The notes beneath the pieces are model-generated. The model was not told the origin of the DNA and made no database searches. It was given only the letters and a program-made list of their open reading frames with translations. A DNA stretch of 63,045 nucleotides, the filler included, from Octopus bimaculoides (Eukaryota), in assembly GCF_001194135.2 (NCBI RefSeq). It is 7 parts of 6 records of this genome, joined end to end, with 100 filler letters (N's around TTAATTAATTAA, not from the genome) between each part and the next. Parts side by side here need not be neighbours in the genome. Positions count along the whole stretch, not along the records: positions 1 to 17,436 come from NC_068994.1; 6 more parts are not named here. One strand, given 5' to 3'. Shown in pieces: positions 1-12,259 of the stretch. The position numbers were made by a program, and so were the translations under genes. Within the stretch, counting starts at the first letter, position 1, and each line of letters begins with the position of its first letter.

Positions 1-165
1 GTGGGCTTTCTTTTTTCAGTTTCCATCTACCAAATCCACTCACAAGGCTTTGGTCAACCCGAGGCTATAGTAGGAGACCCTTGCCCAAGGTGCCACACAG
101 TGGGACTGAACCCGGAACCATGTGGTTGGTAAGCAAGCTACTTACCACACAGCCACTCCTGCACC
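1..165 (-). mobile_element. SINE family A, 5' (tRNA-like head) module
   Basis: Reverse complement of the head ggcgcaggagtggctgtgtggtaagtagcttgcttaccaaccacatggttccgggttcagtccc seen full length at 47897-48300. Confidence 0.9.
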
Positions 166-940
166 TTTTTCACCTTTTCTTTCATTATCTGACTTAAGTA
201 TGTTTTCACCTGTATACTATGAAGATATTACAAAGTAAAGGTGCTGACCAACCATCTTAACCTACCAATTCTTAGATTATTCCAGTGCTTAAGAGATGTT
301 TATTGTTGCTTGTCCAAGGGCGGTGTATGTTGGTCAGAACGTCTGAGATCCAGTTATATCATTGGAATTCTTGTGATGATAGAAGTTTCGAATTTAACTT
401 GATCACTGCCAAATCGTAATTGACGAACAACAGGGGGACATGTGAAAATATCATGTTTATCTTTATATAGCAATGAAACTTGACCCATGAAACAAACAAA
501 AAAAAAAAGAAACAGCGAGGAACAAGTTGAGCATGAAATGTTAATGTGAAAGTATTTGATACAGGCAAACCAAATTATTGGAGTAATTTTGACATGTAAA
601 CACAAAAGAAGGAATATGTTGAGCAAAGAGGTGTCGTGTTATAGTATGATGGTATGCTCTGTATAGTTAAATGATCATGTATACTTTAGTCAGATGGTAT
701 TATATACAACAGACTTTCTGCTCGAATAATTTAATTTCAAGCCTTTTTACAAAGACTAGCTGGAGCAGACTTCAAAAGGTTTCAGAAATAAAATGGGGCA
801 AATGAAACAGAATTATGCAGATATTTAGACCCATCTAATCCTTGACAGTATCCATGAATAGTGTAGGGTCTTGCATATGTAATATAGTTAACGTCTCCAG
901 TGTTATTTGTTTCATGAGTTTTGTTTAAAATCTAACAAGT

Positions 941-1050
941 AGGCACAGGAGTGGCTGTGTGGTAAGTAGCTTGCTTACCAACCACATGGTTCTGGGTTCA
1001 GTCCCACTGTGTGGCACCTTGGGCAAGTGTCTTCTGCTTTCGCCTCGGGC
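941..1050 (+). mobile_element. SINE family A, 5' module
   Basis: aggcacaggagtggctgtgtggtaagtagcttgc...ccttgggcaagtgtcttct matches the head of 47897-48300. Confidence 0.9.
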
Positions 1051-1204
1051 TATATATATATTTTAAAGTCTGGTGCTTATCTGTTAGTATCTTTTGCTGA
1101 GCTGCTAAGTGACCGACTGGTTATTCAAGTAGTGGGGAACAAACACAAAAACCGTATATACGTGTGTGTGTGTGTGTGTGTATGCACACGCACACACACA
1201 CGTG

Positions 1205-1370
1205 CAACGAGCCTCCTCACAATTTCCATTTACTAAATTCTCTCACAAGACATTTGGTTGCCCTGGGGCTATAAATAGACACTTGCCCAAGGTGCTGTGC
1301 AGTAGGACTGAACCCATAACCACATTGTGTTACAAAGCAAGCTTCTTAACCACACAGCCATGCCTGCACC
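1205..1370 (-). mobile_element. SINE family A, diverged 5' module
   Basis: acacttgcccaaggtgctgtgcagtaggactgaaccc...cacacagccatgcctgcacc is the reverse complement of the head. Confidence 0.85.
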
Positions 1371-2249
1371 TATGTCAAACCTCACTCCATTTGTATTTAA
1401 TATGCAAAACACTCCTAAGATGTTTTTCCCAACGTCATGTTGTTCATGTATGAATAAAGACTGTTAATTAATGAACGTTGTTGATTTATGAATAGAGGCT
1501 GTTAATTAATGTTGTGGTATCTCGTTTGACATTCTCTCCACCTGTGATTCTATGTGAAAAGTCACTTTTTGCTGTCACCTTATATGATCTGACTGGAACT
1601 AGACATTTTCTTTTAATGACAATTGCTACGGCAATCGAGTGACAGCTGATGTGATATCGTCTTGTTCTATTTTAAACAGTGTGCAACTGTCAGTTGCAGC
1701 TGCATGTTCTTTGCATACGTCAACTAAGCTGACGTATGCAAGTAACATACGATCTGCCGTTGACCTCTGTAAACATAATGACAGTCACTTGTCACGTAGA
1801 GAGGAGAAAATATTTAAACTTGAGGGGCGATTATCGGAGATATTTAAACACAGATTAACTTGTTGAAGAGTTTCTTTTTTAAACTTGGATTGGACAAAGT
1901 TGTTGAACAAACACATGTGAGGTGGATGAACATAGCGGTGAAAGCAAAAACAAATTCCTGAAGATTTATACCAAACAAGGTTGTTGTTAACGCTTTCTCA
2001 AATATTTAAGAATCTAGTCATGGATATTAGATTAGAAAGAAGAGGTAGATTGTACATAGAAACCGTGACAAATTTGTGTTTACATTGGTGAGTGCATTAA
2101 TTGTCATTGAAAGGTGACATTAGCAGCCTGAGGTTGTGCTAAGTGCAAGGATTAGTTGAGTATGATATTTTTGAATTTGTCATCTCTGCAAATTAACAAA
2201 ACCAGTTTTATTCACCTGGACTGAACTGTCATCGTTGTTTTCTTCATGT

Positions 2250-2600
2250 TTTTATGTCTGTTTTTCCATCTCTGCTCGAGTTGGGCAAGTTTAGTTTCAA
2301 ACGTAACATTTTGCCACTTAATGCAGTCTAACCTCTTGAGATTGAACTTCACCACTTCTTCCCATGTCTTTGTCTGTCAGGTTCTTTCCACTTTGGCCAC
2401 TCAGCACTTCTTTATCCAATTGTTGTCTTCCATAATCATCACATGTCTGTACCATTTAGGCTGTTACTGTCCCATATTTCAGTTGTCATATTCTTTTGCC
2501 TTCTTTGGGTGTCTGTCATATTCAGTAATGTTTTCAGAATTTGGAACCAAACCTTTTAATTTCATAATAAGGACACTTGTCTTCATTATTATCGGTCTAT
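2250..2600 (-). mobile_element. Degenerate RTE-like LINE 3' ORF remnant
   Basis: The minus strand reads ..KWYRHVMIMEDNNWIKKC..KTWEEVVKFNL.., resembling the RTE C-terminal RW(F/Y)GHV.RM....W.KK...KTW.EVV motif, with stops and frameshifts. Boundaries approximate. Confidence 0.5.
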
Positions 2601-2839
2601 AATAAATTGACAAAAATTTCTCTACTCAGAAATTTCAAACAAAATAGTTTTGCTTTTCTGTTGGAATGTGAAAACTTGACAATTGTTACTAATTAAGTGA
2701 CTTTTTTAATTAAACTACTAAAATTTAACTAAGCTCTTTGTTCTATAGTTATCATTGTAATTAATGCTGTTAAGCAGTGTGAAACTAATGTTACAATATA
2801 CATTGTAACCAAATTTTTGTGTCATTCGTGTATGCATAG

Positions 2840-2956
2840 CTGTATGGCTTGCTTTTCAGCCACGTGGTTCCAAGTTCAGTCCTGTGTGACACTTTGGTCG
2901 ACCTAATCTGTGAGAGTGGATTTGATGGACAGAAACTGAAAGGAGGCGTGTCTATG

Positions 2957-2998
<42 letters not shown>

Positions 2999-3235
2999 TG
3001 TGTATCCTTGTTTAGACATCATGTGATAGTTGTAAATGAGTGTCATTGCCATACAAGTGGGGTTGTGCACTTTCAATCTGCCGTAAAAACCACGTTTGGT
3101 CATGGGGAAATATTACCTTTGCTTGGAAACAGGTGAGTGTTGGTGACAGGAAGGGCATCTGGCTGTAGAGAATCTGACTCAAAACAATTCTGCCTGACCC
3201 ATGCAAGCATAAGAAAGTGAACACTAAATGATGCA
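2840..3235 (+). mobile_element. Chimeric SINE: family A-like head, (TG)n, and an alternative RTE-type 3' tail
   Basis: Head cacgtggttccaagttcagtcc...gacagaaactgaaagg, then (TG)n, then the tail ggaagggcatctggctgtaga...catgcaagcat shared with 8000-8135 and 29550-29730. Confidence 0.6.
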
Positions 3236-3358
3236 TGTGTAAAGGGGTTTTGTTTAAGCATACAGTTGGCTTGCTATACCATTAACTCTCACTTTCCTTA
3301 TAATGTTTCTTCCTTCTCTGTTTACTCACTAAAGATTTAATTTCTTTTGTTATTTCAG

Positions 3359-3485
3359 GCTGGCTATGTGGTTCCAGTGCCCTCTATATGGAGTCATTAA
3401 CAGAAGAACAAGTTGCTAAAGACTGTGCAAAAGTTCTTGGCAAGTTCCTTCAAAACCCAAACATTCCATTGCCCAAAGTCATTCG
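3359..3485 (+). CDS. SMOX/PAOX: Internal coding exon of a spermine/polyamine oxidase (flavin amine oxidase family); upstream exons not found in the window
   Basis: Acceptor ttttgttatttcag| and donor |gtatgt. Translates (G)WLCGSSALYMESLTEEQVAKDCAKVLGKFLQNPNIPLPKVIR, resembling the SMOX/PAOX segment GW(I)CG..A..ME...E.V...C..ML..F.GNPNIP.P. Phase 2 end joins the next exon in frame. Confidence 0.9.
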
Positions 3486-3737
3486 GTATGTAGACACATT
3501 TCTTACATCTGAATGTGTGTTGCATGTAATAAAATAGTGGGATTGCTTAAAGGATTGGCTGTTTTTATTTCCTAATTTTTAATTTGTTTTTATAAATTAA
3601 TATTTAAATTAATACCAAATAAAATACAGCTCCAATGGGAAGTCAGCCACAAGAAGATTCAACTTTGAAACTTCAGACCAATAACTTCAGCAAAGCCCTT
3701 TGCCAACATGTCTGCACTTCTACATGTTTTACTGAAG

Positions 3738-3875
3738 TTGTGGAGGCACATGACTTACTTAATGGTTAGGGTATTCAGCACACAGTCATGGGTTCAATCT
3801 CTGGTGGCACATTGTGTCCCTGAGCAAGACATTTTATTTCGTGTTCCTCCCGTCCACGTGTCTAGCTAAAATGAG
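3738..3875 (+). mobile_element. Old tRNA-derived SINE head (family C-like)
   Basis: gtggaggcacatgac..tggttaggg..catgggttcaatct resembles the head of the elements at 41105 and 55441. Confidence 0.45.
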
Positions 3876-4106
3876 TTGTGTCTCTATATAACTGGAACCC
3901 TCCTCTTTGCAATCGACGGAGTGTTAGTTATTCTACTGAAGTGACTGTTTTGCCTTTCATGAAGGGACATAGCTGAATGAGGATTGTGGGATAGCCACAG
4001 ATTTTATAACCCAAATATTCTGAGCTTCAGTATTTAATGATTTCAAATTTTGCAGAGTAGAGGTTTCATACTGAATGTTTTTTGCTTTTTTTTTTTTCCG
4101 TTTCAG

Positions 4107-4224
4107 TACAAGATGGGGCAACAATCCATACACTCGTGGTTCCTATAGCTACATCCATATCCATTCACACATCGAAGATATCTACACCTTACAGGAACCA
4201 TTGCAAAGCCTGCACAGTAACAAC
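4107..4224 (+). CDS. SMOX/PAOX: Penultimate coding exon of the SMOX/PAOX-like gene
   Basis: Acceptor tttttccgtttcag| and donor |gtgagt. Translates (R)TRWGNNPYTRGSYSYIHIHSHIEDIYTLQEPLQSLHSNN, containing the family motif W..NPYTRGSYSY. Confidence 0.93.
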
Positions 4225-4580
4225 GTGAGTTTTTAATACCTCTATCCATAATATTTACTTGAGCTAGTGCAGCTAACGAGGTCGTTCATTCGAGAATGAC
4301 TGTAGCAAAAAAAACAAAAAAAAAAAACAAATGGAAATAATTAAAAACACAAAATGCTGCTCCTTACATAACCTGCACAAACTGGTTACTAGTTTCCAAT
4401 AGTTTTTTTTTTTTTCTTTTTATGGAAAAATTATAGCTGTTTAACCCCAGGTCAGCTCTGAACAGGCAGACCTTTGATTAAAATGCATTCTTGCCATGAT
4501 CATCTTAAATGTTTTGTGGGTATGTCGGTTACATTATCTAATTGCTTTATAATTATTATTATTATTATCATTATTATTAT

Positions 4581-4715
4581 TTAACCTTTTAGCATTGACC
4601 CAAATATTCTACCCCTGTTCAAACCAGCCATATCTGGCTTCTCATACCTACTCTACAATGTCATTCTATAATTAAACAACTACTTGTTGAAATCTTTATA
4701 TATCTTCTTGCTTGA
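4581..4715 (+). mobile_element. TTAA-ended MITE (piggyBac-like), left part
   Basis: Starts TTAACCTTTTAGCATT, the inverse of the right end aatgctaaaggttaa at 10748-10762. Internal sequence is shared with 7424-7657. Confidence 0.6.
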
Positions 4716-4732
4716 ACTGTTCTAGTGTGTAA

Positions 4733-4969
<237 letters not shown>

Positions 4970-4979
4970 TAGTGATTGC

Positions 4980-5047
<68 letters not shown>

Positions 5048-5833
5048 CATTTTTTTTTCCTGTTGTCACCAGCTGGGTTGGGTAGACCTCCATTTATAAA
5101 AAGGTGACAATCAGCAAAGAAGGGAAAGGAAGTCTCCAAGGGGATGGAACAGGATGGGACAAGACGAGACAAGACAGAATAAGACAGGACAGGACAGTGA
5201 AACAAAAAGCAACTGAGGAGCAAGTGGAATTTAAATTCTCCGATTAATGTTGCCTCGTGTATTGCTCATTCTGACATACAGACTGCCTGAACGTGTCCTC
5301 AGATCAGGGTACTTCTGTCTGTTTGGGTAGAATGAGTTTCCCTCTATGACTGCAATAATTATTTTTGCGAGTATAGAAGCAGTAATTTTTTTTTTTTTTT
5401 TTATGGTGTGCCTATAGATGCCATGTCTACAACTTAGTTCACATGTGACTAGGTGTATAGATTATTATACTGCAAGGGAGATTGTATTTTCACTTATCTA
5501 TTAATTTAATTGGTCAAAATCATTGATAGGTTATTGAATGTCTGTATGCATCTGTTGTGATTAGCTCTCAGATGCGTTTAGGTAATTAGGTACAATTAAA
5601 ATATGCAGGTATTTATATTCATAAGTATGTGTGCATGTGTATACAATAAAACATTTGTCATGGATAGAGACTCATAGCTGCATTTTTTTTTTTTAAATAC
5701 TGATTCTTAGATGTTTTCTTTCAACACTCAGTTTAATACATGCCAATATTTCTACCAACAAACTCCTGTACAGATGCCAATGAGGGAGTCACCACAACTA
5801 CACTTGATGTGTTAGACATAGCATTTAAATCTC

Positions 5834-5873
<40 letters not shown>

Positions 5874-6519
5874 TGTCTTGAAAGGGAATGGAGACTCGTT
5901 GGATAATGTAGTCCTAGATGTACAGGATAGTCATAGCTGTAAATGCCTTTGATCTGAGATTTGATCACTTAGGACAGGCCTGGGGTTTAACACAACTGTG
6001 TGTGTATGTGTGTGTGTGTGTGTGTGTTTCTATACTTAACTGATAGGGACTTGGTGGGGACACAATGAGAGAAACGAGTGCTGTATGACTTTTTCTTGTG
6101 TCTTCTCTTTGTCTTAATGTATTCACAAATAATATTCTTCAATCAATTCTAGCTTAATGTATGTGTATATACATATAGATATATATGTAAATATTTTCTG
6201 TATTTATCTAAAACAAAATATATATATATATTCTTGTAGATTTGCATGCTACATTTCTACATAGTCAGAAGTGTGTGTGTGTGTGTGTGTGTGTGTGCAT
6301 TCACTCGTATATGTTGAAGCATATCTACATTATAATAATGACTGCGTATGCAGTCATAAATGCAGCTGCATGTCTAAATGTGCACATTTCATTTACATTT
6401 TTGAAAGCTGTGTGTGTATGTATGTATGAGTGCTGCTGTATAGCACATTTGTTGGGTCTCAAGCTTAAAGCACTTGTAGGCTGTATGCATATATCTCTCT
6501 CTTGTGTGTTTTTACAAAA

Positions 6520-6556
<37 letters not shown>

Positions 6557-6984
6557 TTGGGTGCATTTTTATTATTTAAAATGTCAGACATAACATCCTC
6601 GACTTCTTTCTATTTTTTTTTTTTTTTTAAGTACATAATTTCCTTCGTTAAAAATCCTCATCACCACAAATTTCCTTTCCTCTTTTCTTGCTAGTATTAA
6701 GGCCAAAAATGTACAGGTGTAACTTGGCTTAGTAATTGCAATAATACTAGGTTTTTCCACTTGTGGCTGTTAAGTTCATATCTACCTTTACATGTGTGGG
6801 TCTTTTTGGTTTTTGTTTTGTTGATTTTTTTTTTTTTTANNNNNNNNNNCTCTAGTCAGCTTACGAAATAAATGCCTAGGCTGATTGAAATTATTTATTA
6901 CTAATAGAAAAGCAGTGATGGAGTTGCAGAAACCTTGATGCCAATGTAAAAAATATCTTGTGCTATTTTTGGTTCCATCCCTTC

Positions 6985-7090
6985 CACATTCTGAGCTCGA
7001 ATCCAGCTCAGATCAACTTTGCCTTTTTTTTTTTATCCTTCCGGGGGTGTTCAATGAAATAAAGTACCAGTCAATCGACTTCTGGGGCGG
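6985..7090 (+). mobile_element. SINE family B fragment
   Basis: cattctgagctcgaatcc..tttgcctt..atccttccggggg..aaataaagtaccag core. Confidence 0.55.
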
Positions 7091-7250
7091 AGGGTGGGGA
7101 GGGGGAAGAATCAATAAAATAAAGCAAGAATCAATCACCTGTTCCTGCTCCTCAAAAAAATTCTGGGGGTTTTTTTTTTTTGCCAGTGTAAGAAATTATT
7201 AATATTAATCGGTTAGAAACAATGCTCAGAGACAGGTGCAATGAGTAGTG

Positions 7251-7291
<41 letters not shown>

Positions 7292-7423
7292 CGAGTATTA
7301 AATGTGTGTACACAAATAAGATAAAAATAGAATGAGTAATTATAGTAGGTGAGTGTGAGGCAGTGGACTTGCTTCCACCTGCTGGTTTAGATGCCTGGTA
7401 CATACATGGTCGTTGTGTTGGCT

Positions 7424-7657
7424 TTAACCCTTTGGGATTTAAACTGGCCATATCTGCCCCCAAATATTGTGCGTTTTATGTTCAAACTGGCCGGATCCAG
7501 CCTCTCACACCTACTCAGTAATGTCATCCTAGAAATAAGCAGTTCACCTCATCGAAATTTTGAAGCTTTGAGAATAATGCAGCGATTCGTTCAAAACAAT
7601 GTAAATAAATGAGCATTAATGAAATTGCAAAGAGCCCTCAAAGTGTTGAGGGGTTAA
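7424..7657 (+). mobile_element. TTAA-CCC...GGG-TTAA MITE (piggyBac-like), full length
   Basis: TTAA at both ends with CCC/GGG termini. Internal caaatatt..ttcaaactggcc..ctctcacacctac..aatgtcat is shared with the copies at 4581 and 10570. Confidence 0.65.
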
Positions 7658-7999
7658 ATTTAAACCAGTTGTGAATCCGAGTGTCTAACCCTGCACGTTT
7701 ATATAGCATAATGGCTAATACACCCTGGTTTTAATCAGGGTGGCATTTGTCCGTGTGACACTAGATAGACTTCCTTTATTTGTGTATGTATGTGAACACA
7801 TAACAATGTGGATGTAAATGCCTACAGAAGGAAGGATATTTGATATATTAGAACTTTATTTATTCATCCAAGTGTTAACCCTCATTGCAACTTAGAATTC
7901 CACCGGCTTGGGTGTATGTGTGTATGTACATATATATACATTGAGAGATTTATTTGAAGCTGATGGCTCATTCCATTGCTTCTTAATTTCTTGCAATAT

Positions 8000-8135
8000 G
8001 TGTGTGGTGGCATTAGGAAGGTAAACTAGCCATAGAAACCATGCCAAAACAGACATGTAGCCTGGACAGTAGTACTTCAGCTGGACAGCTCCTGCCAACC
8101 CATACCAGCATGGAAAACAGACATTAAATGATAAA
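8000..8135 (+). mobile_element. RTE-type 3' tail fragment
   Basis: ggcattaggaagg..agccatagaaacc...cataccagcatggaaaacagacattaaatgat; same tail as 29550-29730. Confidence 0.55.
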
Positions 8136-8626
8136 CATGTCTCCAAATGTGCATGCCTAAATTCAAAAAGATTTTTCTTTTACCAGACTTAGAACTGTTC
8201 CCACCACTTTCCACTTTTCTGCATCACCTGGTTTTCATCTCAATGCAACAATCTGGAGCTAATTTGACTCTCTCCACACTGCCCACCTCCCTCCTTCCCA
8301 ATGATTTGAAGTAGGCTAAAAATAAAAGGCTTGTATATAAGGGGGGGGGGGTGTTTCTGTCTCATCACCACCCTCTCTTCCCCACTCTCTCTCTCTCTCC
8401 TATTTCTTTAGCAATGTGATGAGTAAGTGTAAAGCATTATGTCAGAAGAACTAAAGTACCTTGAAGTGTTTGGTTCCATCTCAACATTTCTAAGTTCAGA
8501 TCTCACAGCAGACACCTTTTGTCTATCTTCCTTCTGGAGTCAGTAAAGAAAACCCCAGCAAATTGGTCCTGCTCCTAAAGTATGTATCAGTCAGTATCTT
8601 TCCACCATAGTGTTTGGCTTTGTGCC

Positions 8627-8655
<29 letters not shown>

Positions 8656-8657
<2 letters not shown>

Positions 8658-8890
8658 GGTGGTAAACTTGTCTGAACCATTAGAACACCAGACAAAATGC
8701 TTGGCATTTCTTCCAGATAATTCGTGTGGAGTTGAAATTCCAGCAAGTTTGACTTTGTCTTTGGTTCTTTTGGGGTTGATGAAATAAGTTCCAGGTAAAT
8801 ACTGGGATCGATGTAATCTTCTTGCATCTCTCCCTGAAATTGATGGTTCTGTGCCAAAATTTGAAATCATTATTGTTATTTATTATTATG

Positions 8891-8931
<41 letters not shown>

Positions 8932-9555
8932 GGTAGTGAGCTGTCAGAATTGTTAGCATGATGGACAAACTGCTTAATAGCATTTCGTCTGATTTACATT
9001 CTGGGTTCAAGTTCTCTTGAGGTCATCTTTTCCTTTCATCTGGTCAGAGTTGATGAAACGAGCGCCAGTTAACCACTGGAGTTGAGGTTACTGACCACCA
9101 AATTTCAGGCCTTGTGTCCATAATAGAAAAAAAACATTGTTATTGTCAGGTTTGCGGATTGACGGAAGCATTGACGGAAGTTGGACAGAATGTCTTGTGA
9201 TATTTCATTCAGTTCTTTGTATTGATTTCAGATTCTGCCATGACCGACTTTGCCTTTCGGCCTTTCAGAATTAACGAAATCAAATTCCTGGGTCAACTTA
9301 ATTGTTGGCCCTGTGCCTACTAAATTAGAAGCAGTTATTAGGGCAATGGATTGGAAAACCAGTAGAGCATCAGACATGCCTTGCAGTAGTTTTCTGCATC
9401 TTTACATTCTGATTTCAAATGCTACCAAGATGGATTTTGCCTTTCATTCTTTTGGAGTTAATAAAAATGTAGTGCCAATGAGGTCTTTTTAATCAACTAA
9501 CCCTTCTCCCTGCCAAATTTGTGGCCCTGTACCTATGTTATAAATAATTATTATT
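8656..9555 (+). mobile_element. Four head-to-tail degenerate SINE family B copies
   Basis: Units starting near 8656, 8930, 9150 and 9340 each carry variants of the core ttcaaat..gactttgcctttcatcctttggggttgat(g)aaataag..; (ATT)n tracts precede the first two units. Confidence 0.65.
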
Positions 9556-9891
9556 CTTCTGGGAGCCAAGTACAAGCATAAGGCTTATGTTGAGTTCATA
9601 TCCTGACTTCAGTCCTGCCATTAGTGACTTAAGGGTCCCTAATGTGTTGCTTCTGTACAGGCCAAAACTGTATCATTATCTTAAGCCCCTCACATGGTGA
9701 TTAACACAACAGTACAGAAGATTTTCAATTAACTGATTATGTTTGGGTTGGTTTTGTTTGGTTTAGTCTGGTGTGGTTTTCTAGTTGGACCTGCTTTCCA
9801 TTCATCCTTGAAAAAGTCCTAAACATGGGAATGAATGCCACTCTCATTTAATGTAAATCTTCACTATTTCTAGTGCTACATGTTCAACATT

Positions 9892-10136
9892 TACTGGTTG
9901 TTCAAAAAGTCTCTCCGCAGTTAGTATTTAATGGTTTTCGGGTGATTCTTGTACACTAATCCTTTATTTGTTCCCAGACAAAAAAAAAAAAATGTCTGGC
10001 AGTGTTAAATCAGGTGATCTTGATGGCCAAAGTCCCTTTGAAATAATCTGTTCACCGAAAACCTCATGAAGTAGCGCCATGGTGATGTGCAGGATGGGAA
10101 AAATTCACTGTGGAGAGATTTTTTTAACACCCTGTA
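9892..10136. mobile_element. Tc1/mariner-type MITE
   Basis: Left tactggttgttcaaaaagtctctccgcagt and right actgtggagagatttttttaacaccctgta form about 30-bp imperfect TIRs with TA termini. Confidence 0.7.
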
Positions 10137-10255
10137 TTATTAAAATTTTTTTAATCATAACTTACATATATATGTATAAAATATATTTAATAACTGTCTG
10201 TTTCAGCTCTATGCAACATTAAGTTGCTTGGAGCCAAATCAAACTTATTGAATTT

Positions 10256-10322
<67 letters not shown>

Positions 10323-10569
10323 ATGTGTATGTAACTCCTACTAATTGTGTTGAGTGCCACTTGCTTTTGTTTGTCTACTCACTTGTGTGTGGATAATCGA
10401 TAAATATAGTATATAATTTCAGCGTTTGCTTTTCCATGCTTGCATGGGGAAGAATATTTTGAGGCAGATTTTCTACAACTGTCATCACACGTTTCCAAGT
10501 ATGGAGATCATTCCCATTGGTCGGACATGTTTTCATGGAAGATTGGAAATGGAGGGAATTGCTTGTATG

Positions 10570-10762
10570 TGGCCAAAATATACCTCCTGCTTGTATGTTT
10601 TAACTGGCCTGATCTAACCTGTTGCACCTGCCTGCAACGTCATTCTAAAAATAAACCAATAACATCATCAAAATCTCTAAGCTATTAGACAATACATAAT
10701 TAATTCAAATATGAATAAATAAGCCTTACATTTGGCAGAGTAATCTGAATGCTAAAGGTTAA
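10570..10762 (+). mobile_element. TTAA-ended MITE (piggyBac-like), right part
   Basis: gtcattctaaaaataaac...taatctgaatgctaaaggttaa; same family as 7424-7657. Confidence 0.6.
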
Positions 10763-11987
10763 TCTTAAGCTGATCTTTCCAACAATACCTTTGAAATAAT
10801 CAAACCGATTCAAAGGTAACAGTGCCTGTGTGTTTGTTTTTTTTCAAATTGGCTGTCTTATTCAGTCGCAATGTTATTTTGTGTGTGTGTGTGTGCGTGT
10901 GTTTGAATTTACAGAATCTTTTTTATTACTTTATGAGTGTTTTCTGTTGTTACTCAGTTTTGTTTCTGCTCTTGTGAAAGAAGGGAAACTGGGGAACGCC
11001 AGAGTAATAGTGGAGTGAATCCTCTCCTTCGAATCTCTCTCTCTCTCTTTTTCTCTCTCTCGCATATATCCACACATGTGCGCACACGTACATATAGCTT
11101 AATCTGTCTATTTGAGATGTCCAATAGCACTCCGGCTGTTTGTCTGCCAACCTCTCTCATATCACTGTGCTGTGAGTGGTAATCTACCCTACCCTACTCT
11201 ACCCTTGTTCTGTGTGTACATACATTTCTCCGCTATTTCTCTCTTCCTCTCTTGGGACGCACACATGCAAATTCTCCATCCATCCATTCACACACCATAT
11301 TGCCCACCCCCCTCCCGACTCCATTTATTATTTTTTTAAATTTTCTTTGTTGATGTTGTACTCTCTCTTTCTCTCTTCCCCCTTAACAATCCACCCTCGA
11401 CTGTTTTTACTTTTATTCATCACCTATCCCATATTCTTTCCACCAACCTCTCTCCCCCTCTTTCTCTCTCTCTCTTCTCCCTGTAAAAAGTAGCAGTGGA
11501 GAAGCCACAGAAAAATAATAAATAAAATAAAATAAAATGAAATAAAATATTGTTCATATNNNNNNNNNNNNNNNNNNNNNNNNNNNNNNNNNNNNNNNNN
11601 NNNNNNNNNNNNNNNNNNNNNNNNNNNNNNNNNNNNNNNNNNNNNNNNNNNNNNNNNNNNNNNNNNNNNNNNNNNNNNNNNNNNNNNNNNNNNNNNNNNN
11701 NNNNNNNNNNNNNNNNNNNNNNNNNNNNNNNNNNNNNNNNNNNNNNNNNNNNNNNNNNNNNNNNNNNNNNNNNNNNNNNNNNNNNNNNNNNNNNNNNNNN
11801 NNNNNNNNNNNNNNNNNNNNNATATATTATTGAAGTGGAGAAAAATTCAAAGGCTGATGCATATATTCATTCAATCCATATTAACAAAATTCTCCATAGT
11901 ATACAAGGTGCATACATAGATGCATTCATCTATATGATATATAAAAATTTCTAAGAATTTATAAATATATAAAAATTCATGCACATA

Positions 11988-12248
11988 GGCGCAGGAGTGG
12001 CTGTGTGGTAAGTAGCTTGCTTACCAACCACATGGTTCTGGGTTCAGTCCCACTGCGTGGCACCTTGGGCAAGTGTCTTCTACTATAGCCTCAGGCCGAC
12101 CAAAGCCTTTGGTAGATGGAAACTGAAAGAAGCCCGTCGTGTGTATGTATGTGTGTCTGTGTTTGTCCCCCCTTGACAACCGATGCTGCTGTGTTTACGT
12201 CCCCGTAACTTAGCAGTACGGCAAAAAGAGACCAATCGAATAAGTACT
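11988..12248 (+). mobile_element. SINE family A, 3'-truncated
   Basis: Head, (TG) spacer and most of the 3' module match 47897-48300. Confidence 0.9.
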
Positions 12249-12259
12249 CGATCACTTGT

